Source: Candidatus Dojkabacteria bacterium | GTDB lineage: Bacteria > Patescibacteriota > Dojkabacteria > J137 | DNA: 64,000 nucleotides | Assembly: GCA_040006935.1 (NCBI GenBank) | Contig: JBDTVZ010000003.1 | Location: forward strand, 1,102-65,101 | Direction of reading: 5' to 3' | In this document: positions 61,151 through 64,000 of the stretch, in pieces | Position numbering within the stretch: position 1 is the first letter of the stretch | Layout of the letters: every line of letters begins with the position of its first letter | Position numbers and translations under genes: made by a program | The notes under the pieces: model-generated | What the model was told of the DNA's origin: nothing | The model's database searches: none | What the model saw: the letters and a program-made list of their open reading frames with translations, nothing else

Positions 61151-61360
61151 GACCAGGCCGCCCAAAGATACACGACGAACGTAGCGAGGAGATGTAGATT
61201 TGCGCCTACTTGGTGTTACAGCCTATTACTTTTTTATGTCATTTCGAGCGATCCGCCCTGGGCGGAGAGTCGAGAAATCTTTAACCACCTTACCGAATTG
61301 ACTGGACAGTGGTTACAGATTTCTCCATTCGTCGCTTGAGCTCCTCAGTCGAAATGACAC
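61151..61360. repeat. Inverted pair of module-C-type palindromes (REPIN-like) with nested inserts
   Basis: GTCATTTCGA..GAGAAATCT-spacer-AGATTTCTC..TCGAAATGAC; TCCGCCCTGGGCGGA insert; GACCAGGCCGC shared with 39986. Confidence 0.75.
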
Positions 61361-61380
61361 AAAACCCTAATCTGAAATGC

Positions 61381-61845
61381 TCAATACCCTTTCGGAGGAT
61401 ATGTTCTTTGTCCAAAGTATTCAATATTAAGTCCCTCTACTTCCTTTAAAATTCTCTCCGTTTCATTCTTAACGAATTCTGCGTCTGCTCCTAATCCTTC
61501 AAGAACAAACTCTACTGTTTTATCCACGTTATTCTTAAATTTCTTATTAATGTCTTTCCATTTTATATCTTTGAGTAGCTCTATCATTTTAGGATCGTAA
61601 GAAATTTTTCCTTTCATCATTAAAACTGAAATCATTGGATAACTTAACTGACCTACATAAAAGGCACTATTATCGTTCGACATCATAGCAGTAAAGTCAT
61701 CATTCCAAGTTACAGTATAGAATTTACCCTTTGAAGAAGAATACATTTTAGCTTCGTTTTTATCTGGGGAGATTTCTATTCGTTTATCTGCAATTGCACC
61801 TAAAGCTTCGTATACTTTTGAAATGTGAGGTTTTGACCAGTTCAT
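61381..61845 (-). CDS. Hypothetical protein
   Basis: 154-aa ORF with globular character (KVYEALGAIAD, SSSKGKFY, SNDN). Confidence 0.65.
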   Translation of the reverse strand: MNWSKPHISKVYEALGAIADKRIEISPDKNEAKMYSSSKGKFYTVTWNDDFTAMMSNDNSAFYVGQLSYPMISVLMMKGKISYDPKMIELLKDIKWKDINKKFKNNVDKTVEFVLEGLGADAEFVKNETERILKEVEGLNIEYFGQRTYPPKGY

Positions 61846-61855
61846 TTAAAGAGGT

Positions 61856-62980
61856 TTAAATAAAATCTCTTTTCATAGTTTCTACCCAACCCTTGACTTC
61901 ATCTCTTATAGAAATTCCTGTTGCCCAATTTAGTTCTGTGCTATCCAAAGTTTTTTCAAATCTAACTTGCTCATCTTTATTATCGTCAATGATGTCATGA
62001 AGTCTCTGCACCTCCATAACTTCGATTAAAGATTGTATATAATCTCTAACTTGCTCAGTAAAAGAATTAATCCTCCATTGCTTTAACTGGTTAGAGAACA
62101 CAACATTATCTAGATTCTTAATAAGCTGTTCATAAAAATAGCTTAATACTTTCTTTATAAGATCATCTCCTTCGGGTTCGTTAGATGGATCATTTGAAAC
62201 TCTTATCTCAAAAGGAAACATTCCCTTCGCTTCTGCAACAGTAAAATTTGCCTTTAAGGCTTTCTCTTTATCGTCTAAAAGAGACTTTTCCAGTACAGCC
62301 TTCGGATTCTCAACAAATCCTCTTTCTGTGAAATTAGAATCTAATTTTGATTTATTTTTATAATAATCTTCAATCAAATCGATTATATTACTGATTCTTT
62401 CCTCTATATTGCCAAAATTAAGCTTCTTAGACATTAATTGTTGGCTTTTTAATAATTCTAAGTGACTTGCTAACTCATTCTCAGTAAAAATTGTGTAGTG
62501 TTTAGTATCACCTTCTGCTAAAGAAGAGACTCTATCCTCCTTCTCTAGATCATCAGGTACAAGAATTGTCCCGCTCTCGAGACTTTTTATAATCTTCTCA
62601 AAAGATTCAGTTGCTGTTTTCATTTCCCTATAGCCCTCTTCGTTAATATAATATTCTAGACAAATTAGTAAAACCTCTAGAGCTTTATCATAATTTTCGT
62701 CATAGTTTTCACTTAGGATAGAATCTTTTAAAGACTTTATTAGTAAGGAAAAAGTATTTCTATGAAATAAGCTTTCATCGTCTGGGTCTACTGAGGTAAG
62801 TATATTGTGAATTTGATTGTGATCGTCTCTAAATAGTATCGAGAGATTATATTCATACATCTCCATTAATTTTGCTAAAGATGTCGATAAGACCGAAGCT
62901 TCTCTTCTCCTTTCTATTCCTCTTGGATCATTAGCTGGTTTATTTAGCGCTGTGTTAATAGCATCATCCCAAATAGACAT
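61856..62980 (-). CDS. Hypothetical acidic helical protein
   Basis: 374-aa ORF with no recognised motif. Confidence 0.55.
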   Translation of the reverse strand: MSIWDDAINTALNKPANDPRGIERRREASVLSTSLAKLMEMYEYNLSILFRDDHNQIHNILTSVDPDDESLFHRNTFSLLIKSLKDSILSENYDENYDKALEVLLICLEYYINEEGYREMKTATESFEKIIKSLESGTILVPDDLEKEDRVSSLAEGDTKHYTIFTENELASHLELLKSQQLMSKKLNFGNIEERISNIIDLIEDYYKNKSKLDSNFTERGFVENPKAVLEKSLLDDKEKALKANFTVAEAKGMFPFEIRVSNDPSNEPEGDDLIKKVLSYFYEQLIKNLDNVVFSNQLKQWRINSFTEQVRDYIQSLIEVMEVQRLHDIIDDNKDEQVRFEKTLDSTELNWATGISIRDEVKGWVETMKRDFI

Positions 62981-63054
62981 ATGACAAAAGATAATAAATA
63001 GATTATTGTTAATATATCACTCTTCCCTCTTCGTTAATCATAAAATTAAAGGTT

Positions 63055-63651
63055 TTAATTAAACATCTCAACTATATTTTTATCACCCTTCTCTAATACA
63101 ACTGACCAAGCATCGAAGTAATCTTTATCTATATTCTTTGTATTTTCTATATCTGCCAAGAAATCCTCATCTGTAAATACATCTTTGTAAACAAGACTAT
63201 GGATTGCATGAACAGGAATATGAACATACGTTTTCTTTGCGATATCACCTAAAGATTCTAAATAGTTTTTTAAATTCATCATTTTTCCCCAACTATTATC
63301 TACTAAAATATTATGAATTATTTCGTGGGTTAATACGTTTATCCAAGACCTTAAGGTTTTATCCTGCATCTTGTTCAACCATACAGACATTGTTAGTGGT
63401 GATGAGAACGGGACAGCTTTCCCAACCAGATAGACAATAATTTTTTCTGATTTCCATTCTAAACCAGACTGTTTAGAAATACTTTCTAATATCTTTGCTC
63501 CGTTATTTTTCCAATACGTCTCGGCCTCCTCTATTCTTCCGAAAATATCCTGCTTGCTTGGGTAGTTTGAATCTAACTTTAGCAGCTTAAAGTATTCTAG
63601 CCAATGTTTATCATAAACATCTGAGTATTTAAATTCAATTACTGGTGTCAT
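63055..63651 (-). CDS. Putative HExxH metallopeptidase-like protein
   Basis: LTHEIIHN; ATG at 63651 directly after the upstream stop. Confidence 0.6.
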   Translation of the reverse strand: MTPVIEFKYSDVYDKHWLEYFKLLKLDSNYPSKQDIFGRIEEAETYWKNNGAKILESISKQSGLEWKSEKIIVYLVGKAVPFSSPLTMSVWLNKMQDKTLRSWINVLTHEIIHNILVDNSWGKMMNLKNYLESLGDIAKKTYVHIPVHAIHSLVYKDVFTDEDFLADIENTKNIDKDYFDAWSVVLEKGDKNIVEMFN

Positions 63652-63655
63652 TCCT

Positions 63656-64000
63656 TTATTGTTTATAAATAACTTTTCCCTCCGCAATCGCACTTTCTAA
63701 GAAGCCTTCTCCTTCCTCATTAACCATAAAGTCAAACTCTTGTGGAGTATAAACTAAAGGCTCTAAAATTGGCTCTCCTCCCTTTGTTAAATCTCGAACA
63801 TAAGTAAGCCTATCAATAAATCCTAATGTTGTTTCTCCAATTATCAAAACATCCATCGTGCTTGTTCTAGGATTGATATTATCTCTAGCAAAGCTTCCGA
63901 ATAAAATAATCTTTTCCACTTTAATCTTATCTGCCACTTTTAATGTAGCAACAATATTATCAATACGTCCTAATACTTCTTCTTCAGTAAAGTAGAAATC
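63656..64000 (-). CDS. Minimal nucleotidyltransferase (MNT) domain protein, 5' end outside the window
   Basis: ILFGSFAR...STMDVLII...YTPQEF; frame is open to the window edge. Confidence 0.75.
   Translation of the reverse strand, partial: DFYFTEEEVLGRIDNIVATLKVADKIKVEKIILFGSFARDNINPRTSTMDVLIIGETTLGFIDRLTYVRDLTKGGEPILEPLVYTPQEFDFMVNEEGEGFLESAIAEGKVIYKQ

Overview
AT-rich chromosomal segment of a small-genome bacterium using genetic code 11. Gene content and order point to Patescibacteria/CPR (possibly Dojkabacteria-like; inference): tandem VirB2-like pilins, a VirD4-like ATPase, a membrane-anchored Clp ATPase, and an FtsA-like gene next to a baseplate-J-like gene. Housekeeping genes include polA, ftsH, a Xer recombinase, smpB, groES/groEL (with a CIRCE-like operator), rplY, yidC, comF, ruvX, mltG, umuD and umuC (unlinked), fmt, ileS, lepB, parAB and rny. 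RNA genes are tRNA-Met, tRNA-fMet, tRNA-Ile(UAU), tRNA-Asn, an atypical tmRNA and a probable 6S RNA. No CRISPR array, rRNA, prophage or IS transposase was seen. The most unusual signal is non-coding. Three of the four tRNA genes are followed by a degenerate 'shadow' copy interrupted by short palindromes. Two shadows carry an identical 34-bp palindrome at the same anticodon position, and one of them, together with its parent tRNA, encloses a small GIY-YIG nuclease gene. The intergenic DNA also holds a modular, co-oriented hairpin family with compensatory base changes, and heptamer microrepeats that occur in frame inside fmt.
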